A model generated the notes under the pieces. It saw only the letters and a list, made by a program, of their open reading frames with translations. It made no database searches and had not been told where the DNA came from. From contig NC_013771.1 of NCBI RefSeq assembly GCF_000025125.1, positions 1,170,001 to 1,202,000 of the forward strand: DNA of 32,000 nt, read 5' to 3'. Source of the stretch: Candidatus Atelocyanobacterium thalassa isolate ALOHA. GTDB taxonomy: Bacteria; Cyanobacteriota; Cyanobacteriia; Cyanobacteriales; Microcystaceae. A program made the position numbers and the translations under genes. Of this stretch, positions 29,995-32,000 are shown in pieces (the first letter of the stretch is position 1; each line of letters begins with the position of its first letter).

Positions 29995-30459
29995 ATGTCT
30001 ACCAATAACTTGTTTTTGGATACGCCTGATCTTACTAATAATGATTATTGTATATTTGGATTAGCAACTTGTTTTTTAAAAAATGATGGAAAATTTGATG
30101 AGATTAAAATTATTGAACCTATTCCTTCATCAGCGTTAGAAATAATTTTAAAAGGTATTCCAACCTCTTATGAATTTATTTGTGCTATGACTATTGGAGA
30201 AATCATCATAGATGAAAAATTGACAAAAACTGTTCATTTTCCGGAAGAAGCAAAGTTTTGCGATCTTTTTATTGAGCGTACTGTTGCTTCTGCAAGAACA
30301 TATAAGAGAAATCCTAATATTTGCTCTAAAATTTCTCTAGGAAGTACTAAGAAAAATCTCAATTTCTCACTAGAGAAGAAAAGAGTTTTAAATACAATGG
30401 TTACAGTTTCAGCAGAAGATAATGTTAAACAACATTCTCATACTAATGATATTTTCTAA
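29995..30459 (+). CDS. Hypothetical protein (154 aa), no family recognised
   Basis: Complete ORF with an ATG start, surrounded by spacers full of stop codons. Composition is similar to neighbouring genes. The motif DYCIFGLATCFLKNDGKFDEIKIIEPIPSSALE looks like a conserved core, but I cannot place it. Confidence 0.5.
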   Translation: MSTNNLFLDTPDLTNNDYCIFGLATCFLKNDGKFDEIKIIEPIPSSALEIILKGIPTSYEFICAMTIGEIIIDEKLTKTVHFPEEAKFCDLFIERTVASARTYKRNPNICSKISLGSTKKNLNFSLEKKRVLNTMVTVSAEDNVKQHSHTNDIF

Positions 30460-30470
30460 GTTAGAAAATA

Positions 30471-31817
30471 TCATTTTAATATCTTTCCGGTTAAGCTAAA
30501 GGGTCGAGCTTCTGTAATTTTGACTTTTACCAATTCACCTCTGAGATCGTCAATATTTCCTTGAAAAAAAGTCAATCTATTTTTTCTCGTTCTTCCCATT
30601 ACTTGATTATTTTCTTTAGGATTTTCCTGCTCTACTAGTATTTCTTCTATTTCCCCCAAATATTTTCGAGAATTTTCAGCTGCTTTTTGTCCTACTAAAT
30701 GATTAAGTCTTTGTAATCGATCACTTTTAATATCATCATCTACTTGTTCACTCCAGGTAGCAGCAGGAGTACCAGGGCGAGGAGAGTATGCTGCTGTATT
30801 TAATTGATCAAATCCAATATCTTCTACTAGCTTTAAAGTATTTTCAAATTGTTGTTCTGTTTCTCCTGGAAATCCCACTATAGCATCAGCAGTAATAGAG
30901 GCATTAGGCATATAATACCTAACTTTATCAATTAACTGTCTATATCTTTGATGCGTATAACCTCTCTTCATTTTTTTTAAGATGTCATTATCACCTGATT
31001 GAAAAGGTATATGGAAATGCTCACAAATGTTTGGTAATTCATGACATGCACTGATTAATCTTTCTGTAAAATATCGAGGATGACTGGTCGCGAATCTTAT
31101 TCTTTTAATGTTAGAAACTTCATGAATTCTATATAACAAATCTGTAAAAGTATATTGATTTCTTCCTGTTTCAGTTGTTCCAGGCAGATCTCTTCCGTAA
31201 GCATCAATATTTTGACCTAACAAAGTAACTTCCTTATATCCCTGTTGTTCTAATAATTTAATTTCAGAACAAATATCTTCAGGAGTACGAGATTGTTCTA
31301 GCCCTCTTACACTAGGAACAACACAGTAGCTACATCTTTCATTACAACCGTATATGATATTCACCCATGCTGTTATTTTACTAGCTCTACGTGGCTTTGT
31401 AATATCTTCAATGATATGAATAGGTTCAGTAGCGACAATTTGATTACCTTTTAATACTTGCTCTAATAAATCTCCAAGATAATTAACATGTTGTGGTCCC
31501 ATGACTAAATCAAGTTCAGGAATTCTCCTGAGTATTTTTTCTCCTTCTTGCTGTGCGACGCAACCCGCAACAGCAAGAATTAAGCTCGGATCTTTATGTT
31601 TACGTTTAGCTTGTTTTCCTAGATAAGAATAAACTTTTTGTTCAGCGCTATCTCTTATAGTACAAGTATTATATAAGATCAAATTTGCTTGATCAAGAAC
31701 ATCTGTCCATTGGAAACCCATATCTTCTAAAATACCTGCCATACGTTCCGAGTCAGCTTTATTCATTTGACAACCAAAAGTAACAATATGGTAGTAGCGT
31801 AAATTAGATATTATCAT
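30471..31817 (-). CDS. miaB: tRNA-2-methylthio-N6-dimethylallyladenosine synthase MiaB (radical SAM methylthiotransferase)
   Basis: 448 aa. N-terminal UPF0004 domain ([16 protein letters not shown]), radical-SAM C-x3-C-x2-C ([11 protein letters not shown]), and a C-terminal TRAM-like domain ([16 protein letters not shown]). Confidence 0.93.
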   Translation of the reverse strand: MIISNLRYYHIVTFGCQMNKADSERMAGILEDMGFQWTDVLDQANLILYNTCTIRDSAEQKVYSYLGKQAKRKHKDPSLILAVAGCVAQQEGEKILRRIPELDLVMGPQHVNYLGDLLEQVLKGNQIVATEPIHIIEDITKPRRASKITAWVNIIYGCNERCSYCVVPSVRGLEQSRTPEDICSEIKLLEQQGYKEVTLLGQNIDAYGRDLPGTTETGRNQYTFTDLLYRIHEVSNIKRIRFATSHPRYFTERLISACHELPNICEHFHIPFQSGDNDILKKMKRGYTHQRYRQLIDKVRYYMPNASITADAIVGFPGETEQQFENTLKLVEDIGFDQLNTAAYSPRPGTPAATWSEQVDDDIKSDRLQRLNHLVGQKAAENSRKYLGEIEEILVEQENPKENNQVMGRTRKNRLTFFQGNIDDLRGELVKVKITEARPFSLTGKILK

Positions 31818-32000
31818 TATTATTTTTAAGAATTTGGTATTTAATTATAGTTAAGAAATCTTATACGTAGCAAAAAGATAGAAAACTTTATGATTACAAT
31901 GTATATGATTTATATTATGTAGAGTAGTATTTTTAAGAGCTGTAACAAAATATAGCCTTGAAAGACTAAAATTTATATTATAGTACAGTCATTTTTTATT

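Noticed and set aside
1-32000. I looked for tRNA or rRNA genes, CRISPR repeat arrays, transposase, integrase or phage genes, toxin-antitoxin pairs and defence-island signatures.
   Set aside because: I found no cloverleaf-like G/C-rich islands, no regularly spaced direct repeats and no mobile-element ORFs. Every sizeable ORF is either a housekeeping gene or one of four unassigned but ordinary-looking genes.

Overview
This window comes from an AT-rich genome with cyanobacterial gene order, and it is almost entirely housekeeping. I did not find a convincing novel multi-gene system. The centre (6498-23449, + strand) is the cyanobacterial-type ribosomal protein supercluster: rplC-rplD-rplW-rplB-rpsS-rplV-rpsC-rplP-rpmC-rpsQ-rplN-rplX-rplE-rpsH-rplF-rplR-rpsE-rplO-secY-adk-infA-rpmJ-rpsM-rpsK-rpoA-rplQ-truA-rplM-rpsI-rpmE, then a hairpin terminator and prfA. 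As in cyanobacteria, rpsJ, rpsN and rpmD are absent from the cluster. The left flank (- strand) carries a partial map, two sugar-type ABC permeases, a CaCA Ca2+/cation antiporter and a ycf45-like R3H/AAA ATPase that sits between two unusually long AT-rich spacers. The right flank carries a putative beta-rich membrane protein, tsaE, rnz and an overlapping pair of conserved cyanobacterial unknowns (DUF4335-like and DUF3038-like) on the - strand, then tig and an orphan 154-aa ORF on the + strand, and miaB on the - strand. I found no tRNA, rRNA, CRISPR array, transposase or integrase, and I did not see the cyanobacterial HIP1 palindrome (GCGATCGC). The most notable point is that rpsQ (uS17) is interrupted by a one-base frameshift in the sequence as given. 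rpsQ and rpmJ are both missing from the ORF track; I recovered them by hand translation. Secondary observations are a near-consensus promoter followed by a roughly 270-nt leader upstream of rplC, a perfect 19-bp hairpin palindrome in a 587-bp spacer, and loss of the usual tig-clpP-clpX adjacency. The strong AT bias, K/N/I-rich proteins, very AT-rich spacers and several GTG or TTG starts (rplC, rplN, infA, rpoA, rnz and ycf45 use GTG; rpsM uses TTG) fit a reduced-genome cyanobacterium, possibly an endosymbiont. I cannot establish the organism from this window.
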